Below, piece by piece: positions 36,804 to 49,100 of a stretch of 64,000 bases of DNA. Each line of letters opens with the position of its first letter. Positions within the stretch are counted from its first letter, which is position 1. Both the position numbers and the translations under genes were made by a program. The DNA lies in NCBI GenBank assembly GCA_028534125.1, contig CM052817.1:6078001-6142000 (forward strand). The letters run 5' to 3'. This DNA comes from Lama glama. Its lineage: Eukaryota. Under the pieces are notes generated by a model. The model had not been told where the DNA came from, did not search any database, and saw nothing but the letters and a program-made list of their open reading frames with translations.

Positions 36804-37384
36804 CAGATTTTCTGTTCCTTCTTCCTGAAAATGCCTCATCCCCATGTTTCCATGTGACCCCCTCCTCTTCTTCCTTTGGGTTTCTGGTGAAATGTCACCT
36901 GTTTTCAGAGAGGCTGTTTCCTTCAAGCACTGCATACTACAGCAACACCTCCTTTGCCCCTTTCTATCCTCTTTTACAATTTTTTTCATAGTCCATTTAA
37001 CCACTGGACAATCATTCTTTGCTTATTTTTGAGTTTATTCTATAAGGTCCATGAGAGCATGATGTTTGTCTTATTCAATCTTTATTGCCTAGACTAGTTC
37101 ATTGAGCCCTGTTAATCATTATTACCTCAGAATGACTGGACCACTCCCCCCGCTCCACCTCTAAAGTGTTGCCCATGCTTTCCTGTTGTTTAGACTTCCC
37201 TGCCTCTGTCTTTAAATTTGACTTAATTTTCTGCAGCCAGCTCAAATCTTCCACCTGCTTGAGTCCTTCAGTGAATATCCCAGCCTAAAGGGGTCACCTG
37301 CTCCTCTAAATTGCTGAAGAAATAAAAAAAAAGCAAAACTAAACTTTTCCTGCCAGTGATCACGTGTGGTCTTGTATGTGCAGA

Positions 37385-37625
37385 GTAGTGCATTGAATTA
37401 TGTGAATATGTCCTGAAGTCAGATTGTCTGGGATCAAATCCTGGCCCAGCTGTTGATGAGTTGAATGACCTTGTACAAGCTACTTAGCCCACCTGTGGGT
37501 CACCCTCCCCTGTTGAAGAGGACAATGTCAGCGCCCATCTCATGAGTTTTCTGCAAGGACTAAATGCGTTACATTCATTAAAGTACCATGCCTCATACAC
37601 AGTACATACTGGGCTCATGTTTGCA
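37385..37625 (+). mobile_element. MIR SINE fossil
   Basis: 'gaagtcagattgtctgggatcaaatcctggccc...tgaccttgtacaagctacttagcc...aggactaaatg'. Confidence 0.7.
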
Positions 37626-38796
37626 CCTACTTTTATCAGGTAAATAAATTGTGCCCCCAGTTAGATCAAAAGCTCGGTTCTCTATACACCCCATAACATA
37701 TGGTAGAGTCTTTCACACAGCGGGTGCTCAATAACTCTGTTGACTTTTGGTAAAGTTATTTCCCAACAGAAATGTCAGAAGAAATGCTTAGAAAAATTAT
37801 GCCAAAGCAGTTGTGTTTTTAAAGCTGTCTGGGGACTCAGGAAGGGTAAAGGAGGGTCTCAAAAGACAGTTCCCTTGCACACTCATTTGAAAACATTTTC
37901 TCAGCATTTAGTATGAGCCAGACAATGTGTGAGATGCTCTGGGGAGGCTGCAACGGAAAAGCATGCTTTCTTTTTCCTCCAAGGGTTCATGGGGATGGAT
38001 ATATGAACCGATAGTTGTACGCCGTGGGAGAAAGGCTACAAGGGAGGTGTGCACAAGGTGTGAGCGTGTCACAGCCGTCATTTACGGATGGGGGTGCACT
38101 GGATAGTTACTTTTTCAGGCTGACTCAAGTAGCCTACATTTCTACTTCTGTGTGCTGCATGAGTGATTTTGAAAACAAGAATGGTGTTAAAATTGAAAAT
38201 GGAATAGAGTCCCTAGGGAGCAGGAGCAGAAGTGGTTTGGGGGAGAATATACCAAGACTGTGTGAAACAAGAAGCACAGATGGTATGCTGTTGATTTCTT
38301 TAGATTTCACTACAATCTAAAAACATGGGTCTGAACACAATGCATTGAAAAAGACTTAGGATTTTTTCCCTTACTGTTCTAGCATGTCGTTGATGAAGAA
38401 AAGTACTTCTGTGCTCAGTGCTCTTTTATTACAAGAAAGTAAAAATGGCATAAAACTGTAGGGGAGCTGGCAGTGCCAAGCGGAGCAGAGCGTGTTCCTG
38501 CCCGCGGGTCCGTCGTCACGCTGTTGCTCTCACCTGTCTGCTCCTACCCATCATTCAGATTTCTAAGTCCTCTGGCAATGTCTTCCAAAGAGAAAAGCAA
38601 AATTAACACACTTTTCTGATAAATACTGGCTTAAAATGTAATTCTAACCCATGTTTTTTGGAGATTGACACACACACACACTCATACACACACAGACACA
38701 ACTTGGCATCTTTTACTTGTGAATTTATCAGATTGAAATTCCAGTTTTCTATTTACTGTGGTACGTGGGTAACCGGTTTGCCCACCATAAGCCTAA

Positions 38797-40570
38797 ATCA
38801 ATACAAGACCGATATACTAAAATCAATTGCATTTCTATATACTAGTAATAAATAATTTGAAAATGAAATTAAGAAAATGACTTTATTTGTAGGAGTGTCA
38901 AAAATGTAAACATATTTAAGAGTAAACTTAACAAAATACATGAAATATTTGTAATATCATACAGCATTGTTGAAAGAAATTAAAGACCTAAATAAGTGGA
39001 AACATATTCTATGTTCTTGTATCAGAAGACAATATTTCAAGATGGCAATACTTCCAAAATTCATCTACAGATTCAATAAACACCCGATCAAAGTCCCAGC
39101 AGATTCATTTCAAAGAAACTGGTAAACTGACCATGAAATGTATATAGAACTGCAAGAAACCCAGATTAGCCAAAACTATACTGAAAAAGAGCAGTATTTT
39201 TGGGAGAACTCACATATTTTGACTTCAAAACTTACTGAAAATCTATAGTAATCAGGACAGTAGGGCACTGCCATAAAAATGGGCATTTAAAGCAACAGAA
39301 TAGAATCGAGTACAAAAATAAACCCTCACATTTATCACCAGTTGATTCTTAATAAGACAGTTCAGTGAAGGAAGAACAATCTTTTCAACAGATCTTTTCT
39401 GGACAACTGGATATACACATGCAGAAGAATGCAATTGGATTCTCTACTTTACACCATGTCTAAAAAAATTAACTCAAATGCATTGTAGGCCTAAATGTAT
39501 CACCTAAAACTATGAAACTCTTGGACTAAAATATAAGAGTGTACATTTGTAACGTTGGATCAGGCAATTTTTCTCAGAGACGGCATCAAATGTACAAGTA
39601 ACCAAAATAAAAAAGTATATATTAATTGGACTTCATCAAAATTAAAGGCGTTTTGTTCAAAAGATACCAGTAAGAATGTGAAGGGTCAGCCACAAAATGG
39701 TAGAAAGTATTTGATAAGAAGTTTGTATCCAGAATAGACAACAAATTCTTAAACTCCAACAATACAAAACCAAATAACCTAACCAAAAAATGGGCCAAAA
39801 ACGTGAATAGACATTTCTCCAAAACATAGAGACGGTGTCTTTAAAGGAGATACACAAATGGCCGATAAGCTGATGAAAATAGTGCTTAACATTATTAGTC
39901 ATTAGGAGAACGTAACTCACAATCTCACCTGGGTATCATCAGTTCACTCCCATTAGTATGGCTGAAATCAAAAAAGCTTTTTTTTGGAGGATATGAATAA
40001 AATACTAAACAGAGTTACCCTATGACTAGAAGTTTTATTTCTAGTCATATACCCAAGAGGAAGGAAAACATACTTTCACACAAAAACTTGTATACAAACG
40101 TTTATAAGCAGCATTATTCATAATAGCCAAAAAGTGGAAACCACTCAAATGTCTATCAACTGATAGCTGAATAAACTAAGTGTGATATACTCATTCATGG
40201 AGAATTATTCGGTCATAAGAAATAATAATGTACCGATACATGCTGCAACGTGGATAAATCAGGAAATATTATGCTAAGTGAAAGAAGCCAGTCACAGAAG
40301 ACCAATGAATCCTTTTATGAGAAATGTCCAGACTAGGAAAATCCACAGAGACAGAAGGTAGATTGATGGCTGTCAGGGAGAAGGGGTAGGGGAAACGGGG
40401 AGGGACTGCTAATGAGTGTGGAAGTTTCTAGGGGGTCATGAAGATGTTCTAAAATGAGATATTAGTGATGGTTGCACAACTCTATGGGTGGGTATTCTAA
40501 ACCCCACTGAACTGCACACTTTAATGGGGTGAATTTTATGTTATGAGAATTATATCTCAATACAGTTATA
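38797..40570 (+). mobile_element. 5'-truncated LINE-1 (L1MB-like): ORF2 C-terminal part + 3'UTR
   Basis: KSIAFLYTSN motif, 'ttggacttcatcaaaattaaa', 'atagccaaaaagtggaaacc', and 3'UTR 'gtgatggttgcacaact...gtgaattttatgttatgagaattatatctcaata'. Confidence 0.9.
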
Positions 40571-40730
40571 TGTAAAGCACTGCAACAACAAAGTTCAAAA
40601 CAGCACTGACAAAAAACATGTTTTCAATAACGGTAACGTTGGAATGAAAGATGCCCGAGGTTTGAATGGATCTTGAAAATCTTCTAGGACAATGATCTTG
40701 GTTTGCTTTAATCCCCTGGAAAATAGTTAC

Positions 40731-40883
40731 ATTTAATTAATTAATTAATTGCTTAATTAATTTGGGGGTAATTAAGTTTACTTATTTTACTTACATTTAT
40801 TTATTTTAATGGAGGTACTAGGGATAGAACCCAGGACCTCGTGCATGTTAAGCATGTGCTCTACCACTGAGCTCTACCCTCCC
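40731..40883 (-). mobile_element. tRNA-Ala-derived camelid SINE (Vic-1 type)
   Basis: Minus strand reads gggagggtagagctcagtggtagagcacatgcttaacatgcacgaggtcctgggttctatccctagtacctcca plus an AT-rich tail. Confidence 0.85.
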
Positions 40884-41470
40884 TCCGTCCAGTTACTTCT
40901 GAATTAGCCTCACAACAATGACCAGGAATTATTACTACTTCTCTAGATGACTCTCTTTGCATGTTAGAGAATTGTGACAGCTGCCATAATTATTATTTTT
41001 TTACATTATTTTTTTTGCATTACATTCTACTTTATTATGTTTTTAAGAGCCAGGCACAGAGTGATTTATATCACTATGCATTTAATATCTAAGTCAGAAA
41101 TTGGTCATAAGGACTATGACTGGTTACATTTTCAGAAACAAAACAGACCTAGGAAGTGAAGCAGCTTTCCCAAGGTCACACAGCTCACTAAAGAACTGAG
41201 CTCTGACTTCTCAACTCACTTTTAATTAGCATTCCATATTGGCCCAATTTTAAGCTAAAGTATGTCTCCCATAATTGATAATCCTTGCTTTTTTTTTTTT
41301 CTCCTTCATGTCACCTACACAAGTTTAACCATCTCCTACCTAACGCCCTACACTTACTTGAAGATAGTTTTCATGTCCCCTTAAATCTCACTCCTATTTT
41401 AGATTTCTAAGTTATGGTCCGGAGCCACTTTTCTATATTCCTAAAGTGTGGTGTCAAGAGATTATGGAAT

Positions 41471-41604
41471 TTATTTATTTTTTGTTTTTGTTTTGGGGGG
41501 GAAGTAATTAGGTTTATTTATTTTTTAAATGGAGGTACTGGGGATTGAACCCAGGACCTTGTGTGTGCTAAGTACATACTCTACCACTGAGCTATACCCT
41601 TCCC
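41471..41604 (-). mobile_element. tRNA-Ala-derived camelid SINE (Vic-1 type) with TSD
   Basis: A box TAGCTCAGTGG, anticodon loop CTTAGCA and B box GGTTCAATCC on the minus strand. TSD AAGAGATTATGGAAT (41456-41470) / ATGAGATTACAGAAT (41605-41619). Confidence 0.88.
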
Positions 41605-42889
41605 ATGAGATTACAGAATAAGATAGGTGACTGCAAGACACGCTATTGTAGGTACTTTGAAAATAGAGATTCTTTCTTCGGTTTCCCAACCAACCTTTAA
41701 AGTTAGACAATATTTTGCACATCTTACAAATTGAGCTCAGGGAGATAACACTGAGCTCAGGGAGACAAAGATTTGGTCCAAGTTCACACAGCCATGAAGT
41801 AACAGATCCAGGATTTGAAACCATGTCTGGTTTTACTTGTCACTACTTACCTGAATTACTCAATGGACTAGAAATCCCCCATTTCCTCAACACTGCAGAC
41901 AAACAAGAATTGACTACAATAATGGGAAGGACCTTGAAGAACTAAGATCTCCAAGCAGCTGGAGGTTGTAAATCTTAGGGGTGGAAGTTAGTCTGAAGCC
42001 AAGCTTATTTGTCATAATTAGAAGTTCCAACGTTTCAGAAGGGCGCCTGGTTTGCTGAGTGGGCGACCCTTCCTCAGAATCGAGAAGCAATCCTTTCATT
42101 TCATTTTATTTCATTCTGTTTCCCTCCCCTCAGTGAGGTAGTGTCTAGGTGAGAGCATTCCTTCCCTTCTCCTTTCTTCTCCTAGAGCACCCTTTCTGCT
42201 GAATGCCTTTTATCAGTGGCATTAAAACAAAAACTAAAACAAAACAGAAAAAACTGACAGTTATCTTGATTAGAGCATGAAATTTGCCTTTTATGCTGAA
42301 AGATAATTTTTTCCCCAAAAACTTCTAGAGTGATTGCACCACTTGGCAGGGCACAGGGGATGGGCACCTGCCCTTGCGTTAGAGACCTGTCCCCTCTGAT
42401 GACAAGTGCTGGTCCCGTGCAGGGCGTGACCAGCAGTCTTCGCAGGTGCCCAGCCCTGGCCTTTGAAGGCAGACAGCGGGCTTTCGTTTAATGAGGCAGC
42501 TGCTGCCAGGGCCGCCTCAAGTCAAGCTGGGACAAACCAACAAGACTGTGGAAAACAGTCCACAAATTGCAGCCATCTTCCAAAGCAACCCGGAAATTCC
42601 CACCAAGGTGAATCAGCCTCCCACTTCCCCTTCCAACAAAGGAGACAGTGAGCCAAGGGGCTCCCCTGGAAGATGACTTTTGGTTCTCATTTTTACTTTC
42701 CAAATGAAAAGTCAGGAACTGAGAGTTTCGTGGAGAACCACAAAGGCAGGTCTGAGCAGCAATCTCTCATTTCTCCAAGGGAAGTGGAAGCAAACCAACA
42801 GCAAGCACGTGGAGGACCAAGCTCTCAGCGACTTTACCTACATCACCTTCCTTCATAATAACTCTTCATGGTAACTAATCATGAATACA

Positions 42890-43120
42890 TACACATGTAT
42901 AAATAAATATATATAAATATATGAATATATAAATATATATATATGAGCATAAAAATATTTTTTTAGGTTCAAATTCCAAGTCCATTTAATATTTGAATAA
43001 AGTATTTGGATATATGAAATATATTTAACATATTAAATATGTGAATGTATGTTGATTATATATAATATATATTTGAATAATGTACATATGCGTACATATT
43101 CACATATTTTATAAATAAAA
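42890..43120. repeat. AT-rich (TA)n-like low-complexity tract
   Basis: Directly visible. Confidence 0.85.
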
Positions 43121-43790
43121 AGGTCAAATATTAGGAAGCAGACCTGGAATTTGAACCCAGACCGGTGTGACTCCATGCATTTGAAACTCTTTCTCAGATT
43201 CTCACCATACAATAGAATAAATGTTTCCTTCCATGATTCCATTAGACTTCTCGGTATGTCACAGAGGTAAAGAAACAGCTCATGTCTCAATGAGCTCATG
43301 TTTCCTGCTTTCTTGTTTCTTTCTGAGCCTCCTGAGCATTAATGAGATGAAGGTAACATTTCATTTGTTGGTGCCATTGCTGGACTCTGTTCATTTAGTC
43401 GTTTGACATGCAGGGTAAGCCAGCAGGGTAAGGTCGCAAGGGCTGTGACTGTAGTTAATGATGATTCGTGCAAGATCCCAGCCCCACGGACCATGGATTC
43501 TGGTGAGAGGGACCAACGATGCACAGATGCTTCTACAATACGACAGGACAGGAGGGAGCGCTCAGTGCTTTGAAGGAAGATAAAGCAGAGCAAGGGGGAT
43601 CAGGAGATGGAGCGTGGCTAAGCAGGCCAGGGTCTGGGACTGTCAGGGGGCTCCTTGAAGCAGTGGTATTTGAGCAGAGTCCCGAATGAAATGGAAATGC
43701 CCACCATACAGGTAGCCAAGAGAATATTCCAGGCAGACTCCCATTAATAACACATGAGTGAGTTTTCCTGTAAGGGAAGATTACTATTTT

Positions 43791-44256
43791 TTGTTGAAAT
43801 ATAGTAGATTTACAATTTTGTGTTAGTTTCTGGTGTACAGCATAGTAATTCAGTTATACATACATATATTCCTTTTCATATTCTTTTTATTATAGGACAT
43901 TACAAGGTATTGAATATAGTTCCCTGTGCTGTACAGTACAACCTTTCTGTTTGTCTATTTTATATATAGCAGTTTGTACCTGCAAATCCCTAACTCCCAA
44001 AATTTACCCCTACCCACCCCATTTCCCCTCTGGTACCCATAAGTTTGTCTTCTATGTCTGTGAGTCTGTGTCTGTTTGGTAAATAAGTTCATTTGTGGCC
44101 CCTCCTCACCCTTTTTAAGATTCCACATATAAGTGGTATCATATGGTATTTTTCTTTCTCTTTCTGGCTTACTTTGCTTAGTATGATGCTTTTAGGTCCA
44201 TCCATGTTGCTGCAAATGGCATTATTTTATTCTTTTTTATGGCTGAGTAGTATTCC

Positions 44257-44301
<45 letters not shown>

Positions 44302-44400
44302 CACGTCTTCTTTATTCAGTCATCTGTCAATGGATATTTAAGCATCTTCCATGTCTTGACTGTTGTAAATAGTGCTGCTATGAATATTGTGGTGCATGTA
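43791..44400 (-). mobile_element. 5'-truncated LINE-1 3' end with TSD
   Basis: Antisense L1 3' text. TSD GGAAGATTACTATTTT (43775-43790) / GGAAAATTACTATTTT (44401-44416). Confidence 0.9.
44259..44298. repeat. (TG)20 microsatellite inside L1
   Basis: Directly visible. Confidence 0.95.
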
Positions 44401-44611
44401 GGAAAATTACTATTTTAAGCATCAACCTCTTTCCAAGGCCTTTGTATTTTAGGGAATCTTTGCTCAGTGGATGATGCTCTGAGTACCACGTGAATATTGT
44501 GGTTATGAGATAATTGCAGCTGCTCCAGAGACTTACAGACCAGGGGTGACCCGCAGAACTGAGCTTAAACCAATGATGGGGGAAATCCATGTAAGGCTGA
44601 TTATTCTAGAG

Positions 44612-44813
44612 CAGGCCTGCCTTTTCTGGAATAAGTCGTAAAATGAATAGTTTTGGCTTTCTGGGCTGTAAGGTCTCTTTTGCAACCACTCAGCTTTACC
44701 ATCACAGCGAGGACACAGCCATGATAAATTAATTTGTGATCCAATATAACTTCATTCACACAAACAGGCTTGCTGGTTGGACGTGGCCTGTGGGCCTGGT
44801 TTGCTGACTCCTC
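44612..44813. mobile_element. MER58A hAT-Charlie MITE
   Basis: 'ttttggctttctgggctgtaaggtctcttttgcaaccactcagct...gtttgctgactcc'. Flanking 8-mers TTCTAGAG / CCCTAGAG fit the Charlie NTCTAGAN target. Confidence 0.8.
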
Positions 44814-45639
44814 CCCTAGAGTGAATCCCCCCGGGCCATTTGATGTCTGGATGGATGTCTGCCTTCACCTGAAAGAGAGCCAACGGTAGGCTTTTTGGTT
44901 TCTTTCTGCCTTCTTCTCATCCTGCTTCCATCTCCACCGTGACTTCCTGTTTCCTGCATCAGCATCTCTCAGATCGCCTAATTTGGTGCTTCATCTGTGC
45001 TGTGGGCCGGTCAGTCCATAATCAGGCGTGTTAGAATCCTTCCTAACTGAAGAGTAAATAGGTTCTAAGTTAGCAGAAAATGACTGAAGGGGCAAAGGGA
45101 AGCACTAAGCCGGCCTCGAGGATCACTTGCCTGTGCTTCAGAAGGTATTCGGGAGGCTCTAACGTTTTTATTTGCTTTTCCCTGTTTTTCTTAGAGAATT
45201 TTGGGCAGCTCAGGATTCTGGGTAAATGAGATGGAATTATAGACTGAAAACCCAAGTAACAATCCTGAAAACAACTTTTATTCTTTGCTTTTCTACGCAG
45301 ATTAATTTTTATGAGAACAAAACAAATATCTACAGCAAGTGAGTTACTACTGTGAATTTTACTGACTTTCTAGTAGACGGAGTCCTTTCTGCAATGCTTC
45401 AGGGCTGCAAATGAATACAATTGAAAACTGGTGGGAAGATGCCCCTGGGTATAGCAGGATCCTGGATGGAATTCACTGGGCTTTGGCGTCACATACAAGT
45501 GTAATCAGGCTGTCACACTACACAGCCCTGCAAGGTACCATTTGAATAAACCATTTGGATAAACATGGCAGCTCTAGAAGGAATGGTGACTGAGAGTCAA
45601 GGCTGATCAATCCTGCGACCTTTGACAAAGGATGCCAGC

Positions 45640-46139
45640 NNNNNNNNNNNNNNNNNNNNNNNNNNNNNNNNNNNNNNNNNNNNNNNNNNNNNNNNNNNNN
45701 NNNNNNNNNNNNNNNNNNNNNNNNNNNNNNNNNNNNNNNNNNNNNNNNNNNNNNNNNNNNNNNNNNNNNNNNNNNNNNNNNNNNNNNNNNNNNNNNNNNN
45801 NNNNNNNNNNNNNNNNNNNNNNNNNNNNNNNNNNNNNNNNNNNNNNNNNNNNNNNNNNNNNNNNNNNNNNNNNNNNNNNNNNNNNNNNNNNNNNNNNNNN
45901 NNNNNNNNNNNNNNNNNNNNNNNNNNNNNNNNNNNNNNNNNNNNNNNNNNNNNNNNNNNNNNNNNNNNNNNNNNNNNNNNNNNNNNNNNNNNNNNNNNNN
46001 NNNNNNNNNNNNNNNNNNNNNNNNNNNNNNNNNNNNNNNNNNNNNNNNNNNNNNNNNNNNNNNNNNNNNNNNNNNNNNNNNNNNNNNNNNNNNNNNNNNN
46101 NNNNNNNNNNNNNNNNNNNNNNNNNNNNNNNNNNNNNNN
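45640..46139. other. Assembly gap, exactly 500 N
   Basis: Directly visible. The round length indicates a placeholder gap of unknown true size. Confidence 0.99.
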
Positions 46140-49100
46140 CTACTGGCCAAGGATCACCCAGCTCACATGTGACAGCACTGGAATGTGAACGCTGCAGGAG
46201 GTGTATGTTAAACAAATGTTTCACCCAAGATGCTGTAACAGAAAATGAAGTGGGAAATAAGGAAAGTAAGACAGATGTTTCTGAGTCTAGAGAATCATTT
46301 TTGACAGTATAGTTTATGAAATCCTAGATGTCAAAAAAAAATGGTTATGTGAACTCCCTGGGGAATTTTGCAGTTGGAGTAAGCTTTAGGTATACGTTTG
46401 TTAAATTCTCGAACTTTAAAAAAAATAGTCCATGTAGACCATGGTTTCTCAACCTCATTGCATGTCTCTAAAATACACTTCATCCTTGCTGCGCAAGGGT
46501 ACCACCCCGGGTACCACGAGAAACCAAACAAGAAAAGAAATAGTAGGGCTTTGCCACTTATCAAAGTCTTTTCTTCCTATTCCTTCACGGCAAAAAGTAG
46601 GAAAGCTTCCAGTGCAGCAAAAATTCAGCTATATTGCTCACACAGGTTAGTCAGACCATATCATTGTTATTACATTTCAATTCTTGGTGTCAATGGAGTT
46701 CCTTAAAATAGAAAATTGTAAATTCTGAACTATAAAATCGATAGCGTTTTCTGCCATTTCCTTCCGTTGGCGTTCAGGAACTGCACTGAGTAAACTGCCA
46801 ACATGTGATTGAATTCAGCCCATACGGTTGACAAATTGAAAGTATAATCTACTTGGCAGGTTAAAAAGAAAAAGGCAACTTTCATTGTGTAGTTACGTCA
46901 CCCCCCCGGAAGAGGCGGGGTAGGGAGCCGGGCTCAGCTTTTGAGTCAGCACTCTTTCTGAAGGCTGTGCTAAGCTCGGGGGTGCACACAGGAGCAAATC
47001 ACACTTGAAATGGCTCATAGTCTGGAAAGAGAGACAGGCACTTCTGCACAAATGGAGCAGCTCATTAATAAATACAAGTGCAGTTGTTTGAGGGATAGAA
47101 GTGACAACAGGGGGAATGTATAAATTCTGTCTAGAAGATTCATTGAAGGTTTTGCTTAAGAAGAGGATGAGCAAGTTTTGAATAATGGGTGGGAATTTTC
47201 CAGGTGCACAAGGACATGGAAAGGGCGTTCAAGCAGAGGCAGTAAGAGGCACTTGGACACGAACTGGTGAGGTGTGTGAGAGAAGGTGCAAGAAATTGAG
47301 CAGTGCTTCCGTCTAATGTACAATGGGAGGAAAAGAAGAACGATGCTGGCTGCTAAACGAGAGATGAGACAGGAAGAAATGAGTTAACAAACATTGATTG
47401 AAGTGGGCAGAACCAGACACTGTAAAACACTCAAGTGCCTAAGACTTACATTAAAGCTTGGCTTGTGCTAGTTCATTACTTCAGAGTGATTTAACTAAAT
47501 AACCCATTAAAAAATCTTAAAACATTTTTAATTAATTTCAAAAGGCACAGTGAATGCACTCCCATACTCCCTACCCAAATATTAATCCCCGTTCATTGTT
47601 AAGTCCTAGAATAAATACAGATACTGTAAATCCTGGATTGCTGACGCTAACATTCTTTCCTACAAGAAGAAGAAAAAAAGAGTGAAATAAAATAAAATAA
47701 AATAAAAACCTCAATGCTATTAAATCCTACTTATAATTAAAATTAGGAGTGGATCTAAATTAATATCCAGAAATAAGCTAACAGCTCAAAGACGTGAATA
47801 CAAATATTAAGAAATGATTATATTTTCCAGCAAATATCACTAGTACTTTCTAAACACATCTGCTTCAGACGAGTTGATGAAGCAAGAAGCGATTCCTAGC
47901 GTGATTTAGGAGGGAGACCGAGAAAAGATACTTGACTTTCGGGGACTTCATTTCAAAATCTATCTTCCTAGTCTCCCCTAAACGAAGATAGATTAAATGC
48001 ATGGCCCCAGATGTAACCTTGAAATTCCTCTTCATCTGTGCAAAAGGTCTCTTTTAAAAAGCATTGGACATACTCATCAACCTGGCAGGAATTCCAGAGA
48101 CAACCTATGATTTCCACCCTAAGGCCTGCCTCATTGCAAACTTTGAGCCCACACGTTGCCCTTGGTTGACAAATTGTTACCGTGACCCAGAAGTCCTGAT
48201 TCTGCCCCTAGGGTGAGACGTGTCTTCTTTTCAGTCCTCCCATCTGTAAAGTGGAAATAGAATTGTCACGAACATTACTCAACATGACACCTGTGTCTGC
48301 ACGTCGTAAAATGGGGCTCCTTCCCTCACTTGATGCTCATCACTGCCGCCCAGGAGAGGATCTTCACTGGTCCCTCTCAGGTGCCCTGGACTCTCACATT
48401 ACTTCCTTAAGTCCATCTTCCTCACTCCCGTGGAGCTCTACTCTCAGTCCTTCTACACCCTGCTCAACTATTAGCTTAAATAAATATCTTAATACATCCC
48501 ACCTGTGGTTGATATCCTTCACTGACTCCTTATTGACTGTAGAATAAATTGCTACATCTTTTAGCTCTGTATTCATGATGGTACCCAGCATATCTTTCCA
48601 AAAACAAGTTTCCAGCCACTGGACTGTGCCAAGCTACATCTGTCTCTCTTCTATGCCTTTGGGCATTCTCCCTCCCTGATCTGATATCTTATTCTGCTGT
48701 TTCTCACTCACTCACTCACTCGCTCAAACAAGCAAAACACCTCTGCAGAGACCCTCCCCAGGATTCTCAGGCAGTTGGGGGCCCTTCCTTTTCCTCCTAC
48801 CTGTGACCCTCCCCCATCTGACTGTGGAATCCTCCAGAAAGGACCCCTGCTCTATCAGCCTTGGTCTTCAGAGCCGAGCTTAGAGACATCGTGGAGTTCT
48901 CTTTGGGTGAGTGATTGGTTTGGGTTGTCTGCTCAGGCCAGGCATCAGCCATTCTGAGATATACATGAACCATCTCCTCTGTCCCCTCCTGGCAATTTCG
49001 AGCAAGCAACTTCATCAGGCTCAGCAGGGGGTGGATCCAGTTAATGTTGTTTCAGAAGCTGCAGGCGTGTGAGAGGGGATGGCAAGACCACAGCAGTTCA

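Noticed and set aside
38460..38610. CpG-containing patch with a minus-strand donor (ACAG|gtgaga)
   Set aside because: Too short for a CpG island, and the putative exon has stops in all three frames.
12175..40570. L1 at 12175-16968 and L1 at 38797-40570 as two halves of one element
   Set aside because: They overlap by several hundred nt of ORF2 (both cover the region from KSIAFLY-like to YYKA-like), so they are independent insertions.
41471..41604. tRNA-Ala gene (also 40731-40883 and 62713-62830)
   Set aside because: Diverged stems, AT-rich tails and a TSD show these are SINEs.
42133..42155. let-7-like TGAGGTAGT
   Set aside because: Only the first 9 nt match. There is no let-7 3' part and no precursor hairpin.
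45518..46312. Four long ORFs of X residues
   Set aside because: Artefacts of the 500-N gap.
47575..47710. Minus-strand 85-nt exon candidate (KNVSVSNPGFTVSVFILGLNNERGLIF)
   Set aside because: The pyrimidine tract is just the complement of an A-rich simple repeat, the donor is weak and the peptide is unrecognised.
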